DNA from: a virus
Taxonomy: Duplodnaviria; Caudoviricetes
Reading direction: 5' to 3' (one strand)
Length of the DNA stretch: 64,000 bases
IMG/VR virus record: IMGVR_UViG_2541047043_000003
Coordinates: 1 to 64,000 of that record
How positions within the stretch are numbered: the first letter of the stretch is position 1; each line of letters opens with the position of its first letter. The notes beneath the pieces are model-generated. The model ran no database searches. It saw only the letters and a program-made list of their open reading frames with translations, and had not been told where the DNA came from. This document shows, one piece after another, positions 1 through 10,349 of the stretch. The position numbers and the translations under genes were made by a program.

Positions 1-375
1 GTAAAACCTTTGAATAATGATCCCTACCCTACCGATCCCGAATGGATTGCGGTCATCGGAGGTTCTACGGGAGTGAGCACTCTACAACCGATCACCTCAA
101 TTACTACTACAAACAGAACCGACTTTTTTCAAAACGGAACTCTGGCGTTTGCTATCGGTCCGATCCTTCCGGTTTCCGTTTATTATCCGGGAGTTCAAGC
201 CTCCTATGAAACGAGAAAGTTATTCGTCTTTGGAGGAGCTTCCGCCCTTAACATTCCCACAGACGCGGTTTACTCAATCGGTCTTCAAAATCCGATCGCA
301 AGCACCTGGTCTCTGGATTCTCTAAAGATGCCTCGCGCAAGATACTCCCACAAAGTAATCAGGATCGACAGGTAA
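1..375 (+). CDS. Kelch-repeat beta-propeller protein, C-terminal part (5' end outside window)
   Basis: Frame open from base 1; Kelch-like KLFVFGG and W...MPRARYSH motifs. Confidence 0.65.
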   Translation, partial: VKPLNNDPYPTDPEWIAVIGGSTGVSTLQPITSITTTNRTDFFQNGTLAFAIGPILPVSVYYPGVQASYETRKLFVFGGASALNIPTDAVYSIGLQNPIASTWSLDSLKMPRARYSHKVIRIDR

Positions 376-387
376 GTAGGTTCTTAT

Positions 388-1038
388 ATGAAACTTAAAT
401 TAAATTCATTTCTTGTTTCAAAACTCGAGTTTTCATTGTGGGTTCTATTTTTTCTTTTCACCTTTTCTTTCGGAATTTTTTCACAAGACAACGATTATTC
501 CGGAAGTCACGAAAACGGTAAAAAACTGTTAGAAGAAAAACGTTATTCCGAAGCCGAAAAGCTGGCGATTTCCCTACTTTCAAACAATCCTTCCGATCAC
601 CACGCGGAATATCTTCTTTCTTCCGCCTGGGTTGGGTTAGGAAGGGAAGAAGCAAATAAGGGAAATCACATCCAGGCAATCGAACTTTTACAAAAGGCTC
701 GTCAAAAATGGCCCTTCGATCAGGAACTCAAAACGGAGATTGATTTACTCCGAACGACATCGACTCAAAAAAAATTGAGTTCAAGTTCTTCCCAAAATCG
801 TAAATCTTCCGGATCGCAAACGGTCATTCTCTTGGATTCGGAAATTTATCGTTCGATCAATGATTTGAAGTCGGAACTCCATTCTACCCTTTCCAATCTC
901 AAAGAAACCGGCTCCTACAGGAAAGAATCGGACTCCTTTTCTAAAAGAGAAAAACTCTATCTCGGAATCATTTCTGGTTTTGCCCTCGTCTCGCTTTTGA
1001 ATTTGGTTTTTACCTTTCTTTTGTGGAAAAGAAAATAA
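388..1038 (+). CDS. TPR-containing membrane-anchored protein
   Basis: N-terminal hydrophobic signal, TPR-like helices (AEYLLSSAW...AIELLQKA...WP), C-terminal TM helix ending in KRK. Confidence 0.7.
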   Translation: MKLKLNSFLVSKLEFSLWVLFFLFTFSFGIFSQDNDYSGSHENGKKLLEEKRYSEAEKLAISLLSNNPSDHHAEYLLSSAWVGLGREEANKGNHIQAIELLQKARQKWPFDQELKTEIDLLRTTSTQKKLSSSSSQNRKSSGSQTVILLDSEIYRSINDLKSELHSTLSNLKETGSYRKESDSFSKREKLYLGIISGFALVSLLNLVFTFLLWKRK

Positions 1039-1098
1039 AGCCTATTATTTGATTGCCAATCGTTTGACACGCCCATTGTGGCCGCAAAAGTTTCGTGG

Positions 1099-2325
1099 CT
1101 ATACAAGCGAAATACTCCAACGCCCTCCCCTTCCGAGTGCCGTAAGTTTTTGAATAAACTCTTCGTGTGGAAATGCGTCGTCGGATAATTTTCCTTTATT
1201 ACTATTAATGTCGGTTTTCTTTTTTGAATATAGATCCGATTTTTCCTCCGTGGCCGCTTTCTTAAATTCAACCGGCACAATCTTTTGAACTTCTTCCGTA
1301 AAATATTTTGTTATTATCATCCGTAACGATTCAGGCACTTCATTTAATATTAAAAGCGTCTCGTTATCTTCAAACTTGATTTGAACTTGTTTCAGAATTT
1401 CGATACTGGACTTAGTTAACCGTTCCGACGACCAGTTTAAGAAACCCTCCCAAGTAGGGGCTTGGTATTTTCGATTCATCAAGTTTAATCTTTGAGAAAC
1501 GCTTTCTTGTTTAACGGATTTTTCCGTTGTTTTACCTGAGTCGTATTTTACAAGGGCGTTATATGTATTTTTGATCTGGTCCTTATACGAATAGGACGAG
1601 GATATATTTACTGGTATCGTATTCCAAAAAGTATGTGTTTTATATTTTTCAGATCTTCGGATATAGATTAATTTTTGAATCGTCTCCAAAATAATTTCCG
1701 GTTTTTCCCCTTTTTGAAAATCGGTCCATAACTTAATTTTAGCATTTTCTAATTTAGGTGTGTGATCGTATTCCCCCCACTCTTTCAATATCAGAATTTC
1801 AGTGTGTTCAGAGATATTTGACCAATTCACTTCAGAAGGGGAAGAAGATGTTGTTTTGTTCTTCTTTTTATTATTTGTTTTGTTTGTACCTTTGTTACTA
1901 AGAATAGGCTCCGTACTCTCGTACGGGACAGCCCCGTACTCTTGGTTACCGTTGGCTAGGCTATTAACGCTAGGCTGGCTAGGATTTTTTTCTATCAATT
2001 TTGATTGATTATACTGATTCCTTTCCATCGTAACGGCATTGTGAAGAGTTGAGTGGAGTATTCTGTGGTGGCCGTGGAATGTACCCGCTTTGAGGTATCC
2101 CTCCCGTTTCATTTCGCGGATATATTTTGAAACGGTTGTTTCCGCTAATTTGACGGCGTTACCGAGTGTTTTATTTTTTGCAATACAGCCACCCAAGCCC
2201 TTTTTCTTTCCTGCGATATCAAGTTCCGTGATTTTCGCAAGTAACTGTCGTTTGGCCCTTGGTAATGGTAGTGACTCAATGACATTTGGTATAGTCAGAG
2301 CATACGTGGATATAGCTTCGCCCAT
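1099..2325 (-). CDS. Plasmid-type replication initiator (N-terminal winged HTH), Leptospira Rep-like
   Basis: N-terminal HTH (CIAKNKTLG...ETTVSKYIREMKREGYL); lies co-oriented downstream of parA-parB. Confidence 0.75.
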   Translation of the reverse strand: MGEAISTYALTIPNVIESLPLPRAKRQLLAKITELDIAGKKKGLGGCIAKNKTLGNAVKLAETTVSKYIREMKREGYLKAGTFHGHHRILHSTLHNAVTMERNQYNQSKLIEKNPSQPSVNSLANGNQEYGAVPYESTEPILSNKGTNKTNNKKKNKTTSSSPSEVNWSNISEHTEILILKEWGEYDHTPKLENAKIKLWTDFQKGEKPEIILETIQKLIYIRRSEKYKTHTFWNTIPVNISSSYSYKDQIKNTYNALVKYDSGKTTEKSVKQESVSQRLNLMNRKYQAPTWEGFLNWSSERLTKSSIEILKQVQIKFEDNETLLILNEVPESLRMIITKYFTEEVQKIVPVEFKKAATEEKSDLYSKKKTDINSNKGKLSDDAFPHEEFIQKLTALGRGGRWSISLV

Positions 2326-2737
2326 GTTTTTGTTCCTATTTTTTTACGGTGCGGACATACACGGGCGCGCACGGTAAAGGTATTACCCTACTCTATTTCA
2401 AAAACGGGGAACTAAAGATATGGCGTGGAGCCGTTTCGGTAGGTCCTCGATTGAATGTGTTTCGGCTATTTGTCAGAGAAGCCGATTCTTAGTTATGTCG
2501 CCTAAGATTTTTTGACTAGATACAAGTACGTGACGGATGTCAAGCACTTTAAGAGACATAATTTATTATTTGAATTTAAAGGAAGAATGCCCTTGGGGAC
2601 TCTGACCTCCCCTTGGGCGGGCTTACACATTCAATCTCGGATGAGATCTGTTTGGTACTATAAAACACGGGTAATAATTTGGGTACTCTTTTTTTGGATA
2701 TTTTTTAAAAAGAATGATAGTGACCAAAATAATGAAT

Positions 2738-3694
2738 TCATTCAACTTTTTGTTTTTTTAGAAATTTATTATAACCAGTTGCTGTTTCATTGTTCTGTAG
2801 GGCTTTGATCTGCTTATGATAAACTTTAATACGATTTTCTATTGTTTTAATCTTTTCTTTAGCACGAATAATTCGATCTTCTAATTTTTCAATTTCAGTG
2901 TTAAATTTTTGCGGTTCTTTGTTAGTAGACACTTTGTTTTTTATAGCATATTCTTTAAATTCCGCTCTTTTAGGAATTATACCTTCTTTTAATTGTGGGA
3001 GTAACCAAGACAATGCTTCATTAGGATTTTTTTCGAGTTGTGGTTTTATACTCAAAATTATTGAAGTTGGTATCTCTGAAAGCGTTTCGATTGATTGGAC
3101 ATTCTTTCCTGATATTAATTTATCTATTATAGCTGCATGTGCTAATTTTTGTTTTACCCAAGATTCCGACTTCCCAAACTTTGCAACGAGATCAGAAATA
3201 GAATAATTGTTTCGCTCACGTATTTCGGCTAATGATAAAGCGGTTTCGATGTCTTTTAAATCTTCTCTTTGTAGGTTTTCTACTAAACGATATTCAGGAA
3301 TAAAAAGTGGGTCGATTTGATCTACATTTTTGACTATAGCATCAATAAATATATCACCGTTTAATTTCGCTGCTCGTATCCGCCTTTCCCCCGCAACGAG
3401 TTCGAAAGACTTCCCTTTTTTTCTGACTACTATGGGTTGCAAAAGTCCCATAGATTTTATATTGCGAGCAAGTCCTTTAATAGATTCTTGAGTGAACTGC
3501 TTTCTTGGATTTCCAGAAACGTCTATGAGATCAATCTTTACTTTAGTTAATTCTCCTTCGGGTTGGTTACTTGCGTCATAGAGTTGATTTAGATAAACAT
3601 TAGATTTTCTTGGTTTGCTTGAGGATTCTCCATCTCTTGCGGAGGTCGTATTTGCAACGGAGTTGCTTAGATCGAATATTCTATTTTTTGCCAT
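2738..3694 (-). CDS. parB: ParB/Spo0J partition protein
   Basis: NPRKQF, GLLQPIVVR, LVAGERRIRA, ENLQREDL, then HTH. Confidence 0.92.
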   Translation of the reverse strand: MAKNRIFDLSNSVANTTSARDGESSSKPRKSNVYLNQLYDASNQPEGELTKVKIDLIDVSGNPRKQFTQESIKGLARNIKSMGLLQPIVVRKKGKSFELVAGERRIRAAKLNGDIFIDAIVKNVDQIDPLFIPEYRLVENLQREDLKDIETALSLAEIRERNNYSISDLVAKFGKSESWVKQKLAHAAIIDKLISGKNVQSIETLSEIPTSIILSIKPQLEKNPNEALSWLLPQLKEGIIPKRAEFKEYAIKNKVSTNKEPQKFNTEIEKLEDRIIRAKEKIKTIENRIKVYHKQIKALQNNETATGYNKFLKKQKVE

Positions 3695-3703
3695 ATTGAA
3701 ATC

Positions 3704-4582
3704 CTAATGCACTAACCGTTTGTTTAGGACATCCGGATGCACTTTGCTCGATATTTTTGATTTATGGAATGTTAAGATTTCCTCTACTAATCGCTCATAA
3801 TATTCGGAGCCTTTAGTATTAGGTTTAAACGGCTCTCCATTTTCAGTTCGATCATCCATTTCTTGTATATAAGGAATAGGATCTGTCACATGTGGATTTT
3901 TCACTAATTCAAATCCGTGCTCCTTTTCTTTTAAGAGCTTTAATATATTATTGTAGTTGCGTAGTTGCTCTAAAATTTTTATAGAACGAATCGATGGACT
4001 GGTTGGGTGACCCCATTGTACTGGTACAATAAAAACTTCCAACGTTCGACCGTCTTGGTATTGATTGATGTAGTCTTGCGCTTCATTAACTTTTCTCAAA
4101 ACGCGTTTAATAGTTCTAGTCGCCCATTTCGTCGGTTTAACGGGAATAATTATATAATCAGCACCCATAAATGCAGAGATTACTTCTGAAGCTCCCGAAC
4201 CCGGGGTGTCAATGACCACATGTTCATACGATGAATTTCTAACAAGCGAGCCTATTTTTGGTATAAGCGATTGGTTTTTCGTAGCAAAGTAACCATAGTC
4301 TTCCAATTCAAGCGATGCAACTAATACATCTACTCCGTGGATTTCTCGAATAGATTCGTTGAGCGAAGTTTCACCTTTGATGACGGTAAGAGTATTTGCT
4401 TCATCAAACTCTTCGATTGGCACATCTGGAAAAAAGGCGTCTGTCAGATCGCCTTGCATATCAAAATCAAGTGCTAAGGTTCGTCCAGTTTGTGAATTTT
4501 TTGCTAAGGAAATGATAAAATGAAATCCTGTAGTAGATTTACCGCTTCCACCTTTTGGGTTGCTTATTACAAAAACAGCCAT
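3704..4582 (-). CDS. parA: ParA partition ATPase
   Basis: Deviant Walker A NPKGGSGKST, DFDMQG, VVIDTPG; directly upstream of parB. Confidence 0.92.
   Translation of the reverse strand: MAVFVISNPKGGSGKSTTGFHFIISLAKNSQTGRTLALDFDMQGDLTDAFFPDVPIEEFDEANTLTVIKGETSLNESIREIHGVDVLVASLELEDYGYFATKNQSLIPKIGSLVRNSSYEHVVIDTPGSGASEVISAFMGADYIIIPVKPTKWATRTIKRVLRKVNEAQDYINQYQDGRTLEVFIVPVQWGHPTSPSIRSIKILEQLRNYNNILKLLKEKEHGFELVKNPHVTDPIPYIQEMDDRTENGEPFKPNTKGSEYYERLVEEILTFHKSKISSKVHPDVLNKRLVH
3719..3745. repeat. 27-bp repeat copy 1, palindromic core CATCCGGATG (candidate parS)
   Basis: Exact reverse complement of 4655-4681. Confidence 0.6.
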
Positions 4583-4654
4583 GTTGCAAATTTATCAAAG
4601 AGACATAATATAGAAAATAAGAATTTTATGAAACCGGAAAAATGTTCGAGAACA

Positions 4655-4681
4655 AAAGTGCATCCGGATGTCCTAAACAAA
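4655..4681. repeat. 27-bp repeat copy 2 AAAGTGCATCCGGATGTCCTAAACAAA (candidate parS/par operator)
   Basis: In the parA upstream region, inverted relative to 3719-3745. Confidence 0.6.
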
Positions 4682-4973
4682 AATATAGGAATAATAATGT
4701 GAGTTTTATGTACGGCCTATAAGCTTATCAAAAAATATATTTCTTAAACCTCAACATTAACCAAATTATCAACCGGTAAAACTATCGACTCGCATGATCA
4801 TTGACCCTAACGAAATAAATAAAAATTAGGGAGATAAGTGAGGAAATAAAAAATGGAAGCCGGACAAAATGAAAGACTCAAACAAGAAATCAGAGAAAAA
4901 ATAAAAATATTTTTAAGCGAAGCTTTGAGAGGGGAGGCGTTGGAAAAATCGTTGGAAAAAGTATGCGTTAATA

Positions 4974-5360
4974 TTATGATTGAGATAGAAAAAATGCAAA
5001 AAAATCCTTCAGTTGTTTCTTGCGTTCATGAGAAAGATCCTCCGGGAGCCTTTCGATATAGGGGAGAATTTCGAAAGTGTCGAGCTTCATAAGTAATTTC
5101 AATTTTTTCTGCATTTCGACCAAATGTTCGGAATCCTCTAATTTCATTTTACCAAATCCGGAATCTATCCAATTGTCGTCGTAACCCGAAAGTCTAAAAA
5201 TTACACGACTACTTTCAGGTAACTCGGTTTCACCGCTTCGATATCTAAAATAAGTACTCCGTCCAACACCTAAAAATTTAGCCATTTTCGGTACATTGAG
5301 CTTCAAATCTTTACGGATCGCATCAAACCGCTCGCTTTTTGACTGTAATTTTGATTTCAT
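4974..5360 (-). CDS. XRE-family HTH regulator, CI-like repressor candidate (likely start ATG 5360, MKSKLQ)
   Basis: IRKDLKLNVPKMAKFLGVGRSTYFRYRSG HTH; divergent from early operon; operator-like palindromes upstream. Confidence 0.75.
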   Translation of the reverse strand: MKSKLQSKSERFDAIRKDLKLNVPKMAKFLGVGRSTYFRYRSGETELPESSRVIFRLSGYDDNWIDSGFGKMKLEDSEHLVEMQKKLKLLMKLDTFEILPYIERLPEDLSHERKKQLKDFFAFFLSQS

Positions 5361-5396
5361 GAAATAGTCTCTTTTTGGGATTTTTTTGACTTTACT

Positions 5397-5415
5397 AAGT
5401 CCCATATTGGGACTT
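5397..5415. promoter_or_regulatory. Operator-like palindrome AAGTCCCA-tat-TGGGACTT; degenerate second copy at 5366-5382
   Basis: Perfect 8-bp arms next to TTGACT (5386-5391), between the repressor and the early operon. Confidence 0.55.
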
Positions 5416-5762
5416 TATGGCAAATATCTACTTCTACTGTGTATACCACAGGAAAAAAGTAAAGAAATGGAAAACGATGTGTTTTTGATACAAATTGTAA
5501 CGTTAGTCCACTTTGCAAGCGGACCGCCTTTCAAAAAGAACGAGAAAAAAGCCTCTAAACATGGTCTTTGTCCATTCAATAAATATAATATATATCCCGA
5601 ATACAATTGAATTAGTCGAAAAAAATACGTAAAATACGAAACAAAAATACCAAACCCTCGCTTTGGGACAAGCAGTAAAAAATGAAAGAAGAGCCAAGAT
5701 ATTCCGAAACTGTAATGTGCCTGGCTAAAATGAAATAGTTTGGACACTAAAACAAACAAAAA

Positions 5763-5936
5763 GTGGACCCTTTAGAAAAATATAGGATAAGCCCGATAGG
5801 GGAGGGGAGTGTAAACTACGAAGTATACGAACAAAAAACAAAGGAAGTTGTCTTCGAACATCCGACGCGCGCGTGGGGTGCGGATTGGCTAATCGAAGAA
5901 CATTTGAAGTATCTGGAAGAACTTAAACGAGAATAG
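5763..5936 (+). CDS. Small early protein, 57 aa (MDPLEKYRISPIGEG...EELKRE), not in the ORF track
   Basis: GTG-TAG open frame read by hand; co-oriented with early operon. Confidence 0.55.
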   Translation: MDPLEKYRISPIGEGSVNYEVYEQKTKEVVFEHPTRAWGADWLIEEHLKYLEELKRE

Positions 5937-5962
5937 GAAGGAGCAAGGAGAAAAAAGATAAA

Positions 5963-6199
5963 ATGGATTGGATAACCTTGATAACGATAATTACCGGCGT
6001 ACTATTTTTCGGAATAGAAATTTTCCGATATCGATTTAGACGCCAAACTCAAACCGAAATCCTAAGACGGATTAATAAAAAATATGCGAAAAAAAGAAAA
6101 TTATTCCTAGGAAATGACGTTGGAAACATTAAGAAAACCTGTCCTAACACACGAGAAAAACGAAACCCAAAAAACAAGGCTGGAGTTGATCCTATTTAG
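5963..6199 (+). CDS. Small membrane protein, hypothetical
   Basis: N-terminal TM helix, basic tail, purine-rich upstream RBS region. Confidence 0.5.
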   Translation: MDWITLITIITGVLFFGIEIFRYRFRRQTQTEILRRINKKYAKKRKLFLGNDVGNIKKTCPNTREKRNPKNKAGVDPI

Positions 6200-6467
6200 A
6201 AACCACTGGAGAAAACTACCAAACGACAACGACATTTATGAAAGTCTAAAAATTCCGGACCTTGAGATACTCATCGGGGAGGGGTTTGGATTACAGTTCA
6301 CACACAAACGAAATCTATTCTACTACACCTACTCGATAGACGTAGCCGAAAAGATCCTAAAATATATAGAACACACCTGGAAAGAAACCGGCAAAAAAGG
6401 AACTGAAATATCATTTTCAACCTACTGCAAAGTCGCCTCCGGAAAACTCGAAGAAGAAGTCGCTTGA
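6114..6467 (+). CDS. Hypothetical phage protein
   Basis: 117-aa ORF in early operon. Confidence 0.55.
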   Translation: MTLETLRKPVLTHEKNETQKTRLELILFRNHWRKLPNDNDIYESLKIPDLEILIGEGFGLQFTHKRNLFYYTYSIDVAEKILKYIEHTWKETGKKGTEISFSTYCKVASGKLEEEVA

Positions 6468-6479
6468 GGATTTTGTATT

Positions 6480-7721
6480 ATGAAATCGACGACAGAGCGA
6501 ATTTTTCATACGGAGAAAACAAATAATTTCACCGTAGTAGACAATAAATATCTGAGGGATAAAAGACTCGGATGGAAAGAAAAAGGACTCCTAACTTTTC
6601 TTTTACAACTTCCCCCGGACTGGAAAGCAAATCCGAAAGAAGTTAGTATGCACTCCTCGGATAGCGAAAGCGCGACTGCAAACGGGTTTCGAACACTCGC
6701 GCATTTCGGATACGCAGAATATCGAAAAGAAAGAGACCCACAAACCGGAAGATATCTGTCCGGATGGTATTTTTTTGAAGAAACAAAAAAGCCAGAAGTA
6801 TCTGCACCACCGAAAACAGCTAAAAAGAAAAAGGGAATCGATCCAAGATTAGAACCAACCCTATTTGAATCCGAAGAAGCGGAAGAAAAAACACCACACC
6901 TGGAAAAACTAGGAGTGGAAATACCACTTCTGGATTTACCACACCCCGAAAAACCGGGAGTGGATTTACCTGTCGTGGAAAACCGACCCCTACTAAATAC
7001 TAAAGACCAAGAACTAACAAACCAAGTACTCTTAAACCAAAAACTAAAAACAAAAACTACTAGAGAGAACGAACCCACCCCGCACCCGCAAAAGCCGGGC
7101 CTGGAAAAAACAAAATCCAAACCACAAAACAGCTATCCCGAAAGTTGGTTGGAATCCTTTCAAAAGATCTACAAACAAAATCACGGAGGCTATATGGGAG
7201 AACCGCACTCGGAATTAAAAGCATTGGAGTGGTTGTACAAAACTTCTCAAGGCGACTGGAGTTTAATCGAATCGAAAGTGAACTTACTCACAACACTCAG
7301 AAAAGAAGATGTGAAATTTTGGAACAATCAACCGGTAAGCCCCGAGACGATTTCAAAATACTGGTCGAGGTTATTTGAAAGGGAAAAAAAAGTCCAAATC
7401 TTTAAAAACAAAAAAGTGAACGAAGAAAATGAAAAAAAAGAGAAACCGAAAGAAGAGAAAAAAGAAAAACAATTTAAGCTAAAAATAGCAATCACCGATC
7501 CCTATGAAATCTTTTTGGAGTGGGGAAGAGCAAAACTCCCAAAAACAACCCAAGAGTATTTCGAAACGAATAGAGACCCGGCAAAATTTGAAGGAACAAA
7601 GAAAATCTTGTATGACAAGTATTTTTCGCAAATTTCCCCCCATTTGCAAAAAGCGTCGAATGCGGAAATACCGAAAATTGAAAATCAGATAGAAATCAAA
7701 ATGGGAGAAAAAATCGCATGA
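6480..7721 (+). CDS. Phage replication initiator (HTH Rep, lambda-O-like organisation)
   Basis: NNFTVVDN..LRDKRLGWKEKGLLTFLL.LPPDW N-terminus typical of phage replisome organisers; internal iterons. Confidence 0.75.
   Translation: MKSTTERIFHTEKTNNFTVVDNKYLRDKRLGWKEKGLLTFLLQLPPDWKANPKEVSMHSSDSESATANGFRTLAHFGYAEYRKERDPQTGRYLSGWYFFEETKKPEVSAPPKTAKKKKGIDPRLEPTLFESEEAEEKTPHLEKLGVEIPLLDLPHPEKPGVDLPVVENRPLLNTKDQELTNQVLLNQKLKTKTTRENEPTPHPQKPGLEKTKSKPQNSYPESWLESFQKIYKQNHGGYMGEPHSELKALEWLYKTSQGDWSLIESKVNLLTTLRKEDVKFWNNQPVSPETISKYWSRLFEREKKVQIFKNKKVNEENEKKEKPKEEKKEKQFKLKIAITDPYEIFLEWGRAKLPKTTQEYFETNRDPAKFEGTKKILYDKYFSQISPHLQKASNAEIPKIENQIEIKMGEKIA
6894..6998 (+). repeat. Seven degenerate 15-bp tandem repeats (probable iterons) followed by an A-rich tract
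   Basis: ccacacctggaaaaa/ctaggagtggaaata/ccacttctggattta/ccacaccccgaaaaa/ccgggagtggattta/cctgtcgtggaaaac/cgacccctactaaat. Confidence 0.65.
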
Positions 7722-7930
7722 ATAGCGTACTTGAACAAAACACCAAAGAAGAAAAATTGAAAACGATACAAAAAGAAAACGCGTATATACAAAAGTCGTT
7801 AAAAGACGGAGAGACCTTTTTCGTAAAAATTAAAGACGGAGAAATATTGTATGTAGATCGGTATGACGCGATTCGGTTCCTTGACGCACAAAGAAGAAAT
7901 CGAAGGCACAAACAAAACGACGTTCAATAA
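7718..7930 (+). CDS. Hypothetical protein
   Basis: ATGA-coupled to the Rep gene. Confidence 0.6.
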   Translation: MNSVLEQNTKEEKLKTIQKENAYIQKSLKDGETFFVKIKDGEILYVDRYDAIRFLDAQRRNRRHKQNDVQ

Positions 7931-7946
7931 AAAGAGTGTTACAGGT

Positions 7947-8207
7947 ATGGAAAGAATTAGAGAGGAATACCATATTTACAAACACATGCAGCCGACCGAA
8001 AACTCTCCAAGACTTTGGGGAGCGATCGGACAAAGCTTTAAAGGCAAGGACGCTCGCAAAAAAGCGATCGAGGAAGCTACACACTTGCAAGAGACTGCAC
8101 CCGAGGGGGTGGAATACTCCGTACAAAAATACGTATATTCCGAAAAGAGCAAATACCGGCCCGTAAAAACTAAAATATGGCGAAACGGGAATTTGATCGC
8201 CGCTTAA
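7947..8207 (+). CDS. Hypothetical protein (likely start ATG 7947, MERIREEY)
   Basis: In-frame ATG after the preceding stop. Confidence 0.55.
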   Translation: MERIREEYHIYKHMQPTENSPRLWGAIGQSFKGKDARKKAIEEATHLQETAPEGVEYSVQKYVYSEKSKYRPVKTKIWRNGNLIAA

Positions 8208-8452
8208 AAAAAGGAGAAAAAAGATTAAAGAAAAAAAAGAACCTAACTAAAAAGGCGGGAAAAAATAAAAAGAACCCCGCATCTTTTTAAAAAAAGACAT
8301 CATTAAAATATTCGAATACAATAAACAAAAAATAACCCGCCTTTCAACCAAAACAAAAGAAAATTTAAAGTCAATAGACAGTCCTTAATATTTCTAACGA
8401 ATAAAAAAAACAGGAATGGACCTTTTTGTACAAGGGGAAGTATCCAGGAAGG

Positions 8453-9343
8453 ATGAAAGAAGAAAAAGTTAGAAATATTGGAAACCAACTAAAACTCACA
8501 AAAATAGAACTAAAAAAAATCGTATTTGATACGAGAAAAAAAGAACTCTTCGAAGAGAAACCAGAGAGGTATATAACCGAACTCGCGGAGAATATAAGAA
8601 GAATCGGACTACATGAACCGATTTCCGTAAGATATGACAAAGAAAAAGGCGAGTATCATTGTTTGTCCGGAGAAAATAGAATCCACGCGGTTACACTCCT
8701 CGGATGGACTGCAATAGACGGATATATCGTAAACCCGAAAGACGAACTCGGGTTTATGATATCTAGGAAAATATTAAGAACTCAAATCGGCCACAAACAA
8801 AGAATCAAAATATATAAGGCTTACTGTCCGGATCTATTAACCCCTGAAATTAAAAAAAACAGAATAGAAGAAGTATCTTTTCTAACGGGAATATCCAAAA
8901 CTACGGTTTACTCGGATCTAAAAAAATTAAAAACGGGAGTAAAAAAAGAAGAAAGTATAGAAGAATTAAGCGAGCTGTGGTCAAAGAAAAAAATCAAAGG
9001 CTTGGTATTAAGTCTAACCGGGCTCACAGACGGAAGTTTTCTTTTAATCGTATCTGGAAAAAATCTCAAATACGAGTGGAGGGGAAAATTAAAGGAGGTT
9101 TTAAAAGAAAGTGCAAGTGCGGCCAGATCGCCTTGGTTTGACAAAACCTATAAACCCGAAAATTCGGAAACCGCAACCAGGATCAAACAGTTAAGAATGG
9201 ATGCGGGATTAACACAGTTCCAGTTATCCCAGGCAATAGGATACTCACAGTCGTATCTAGCGGAACTGGAAGCGGGGAAGTGGAGTTGTCCCAAAAGATT
9301 ATTCGAAACGATTGCAATTTACTGTCAGGAAAAAATCGCATGA
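8453..9343 (+). CDS. ParB N-terminal domain protein with C-terminal XRE HTH
   Basis: IGLHEPISV, LSGENRIHA; C-terminal RIKQLRMDAGLTQFQLSQAIGYSQSYLAELEAG. Confidence 0.8.
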   Translation: MKEEKVRNIGNQLKLTKIELKKIVFDTRKKELFEEKPERYITELAENIRRIGLHEPISVRYDKEKGEYHCLSGENRIHAVTLLGWTAIDGYIVNPKDELGFMISRKILRTQIGHKQRIKIYKAYCPDLLTPEIKKNRIEEVSFLTGISKTTVYSDLKKLKTGVKKEESIEELSELWSKKKIKGLVLSLTGLTDGSFLLIVSGKNLKYEWRGKLKEVLKESASAARSPWFDKTYKPENSETATRIKQLRMDAGLTQFQLSQAIGYSQSYLAELEAGKWSCPKRLFETIAIYCQEKIA

Positions 9344-10296
9344 GTTTCGAAATATTACACGGAGATTCTTTTCAAATATTAAAAAATTTAACGTTAAAAA
9401 ATCCAACACAACAATTTGATTGTATTGTAACGTCTCCCCCTTATTTTCAAAAACGAAATTACTTAGACGTATCGAATCCTCTTCTACCTTTAGAGATCGG
9501 GAGAGAGGGGAATCAAGTGGACTATTTAGGAAGTTTGAGAGAAGTATTTTTGCAATCTAAAAAATTGCTAAAGGAGAGTTCGACAATCTTTGTAAATCTT
9601 GGGGATACGTTTAGACGCGGACGAACGCTGAAAGTGCCTTTCCACTTTGTCGAGATGATGGAAGGTATAGGGTATCATTACATACAAGAAATTATATGGG
9701 CGAAATCAATCACGACTAAAACGGGAAATATAGGGTCGTGTAAACCGGAATCGGTAAGAAGGCGATTCACACTTTCCCACGAGTACGTATTGTTTTTTGT
9801 AAAAGATTTAAAAGAATACTATTTCAATTCTAAAATCGTATCGGTTCCGTCATCGAATACCCACAACGAAAATAAAAATCCACAAGCCTTACTAAAAACA
9901 ATGTTAGCCACAGAAGACGGAAAAGAAAAGTCAAACGGCCTAAAAAATTACGAAGAAACAAACGCAGAAAATCCCTCCGAACTTAAAAAAAGGATAATAG
10001 AGAACAAAATTAAAAATTTTGATTTAACAGCCACAAGACGAAGTGTCTGGCAAATCCAGACACCGAATAGCCGGACAAGACACACGGCGGTCGGACCCGA
10101 GGAATTGTTTGAGATTTGTATATTAGCGGGAAGTCCTTTAAACGGATCGGTACTCGATCCGTTTGTCGGGGAAGGAACGGTCGGGAAGGCGGCTTTAAGA
10201 CAAGGAAGAAGTTTCCTCGGAATCGATTTGGATATCAGGTCTTGCCTTGAGGCCAAAAACAATTTAGAGGAATGGGAACTCAGGACTGTCTCTTAA
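9340..10296 (+). CDS. Beta-class DNA methyltransferase (N4-C/N6-A family)
   Basis: TSPPY catalytic motif followed by VLDPFVGEGT SAM-binding motif; ATGA-coupled. Confidence 0.9.
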   Translation: MSFEILHGDSFQILKNLTLKNPTQQFDCIVTSPPYFQKRNYLDVSNPLLPLEIGREGNQVDYLGSLREVFLQSKKLLKESSTIFVNLGDTFRRGRTLKVPFHFVEMMEGIGYHYIQEIIWAKSITTKTGNIGSCKPESVRRRFTLSHEYVLFFVKDLKEYYFNSKIVSVPSSNTHNENKNPQALLKTMLATEDGKEKSNGLKNYEETNAENPSELKKRIIENKIKNFDLTATRRSVWQIQTPNSRTRHTAVGPEELFEICILAGSPLNGSVLDPFVGEGTVGKAALRQGRSFLGIDLDIRSCLEAKNNLEEWELRTVS

Positions 10297-10349
10297 ACAA
10301 AAACGAGAACCAACAATCCTTTTTTAAAGTTCGAAAGAATTCGAAATGT

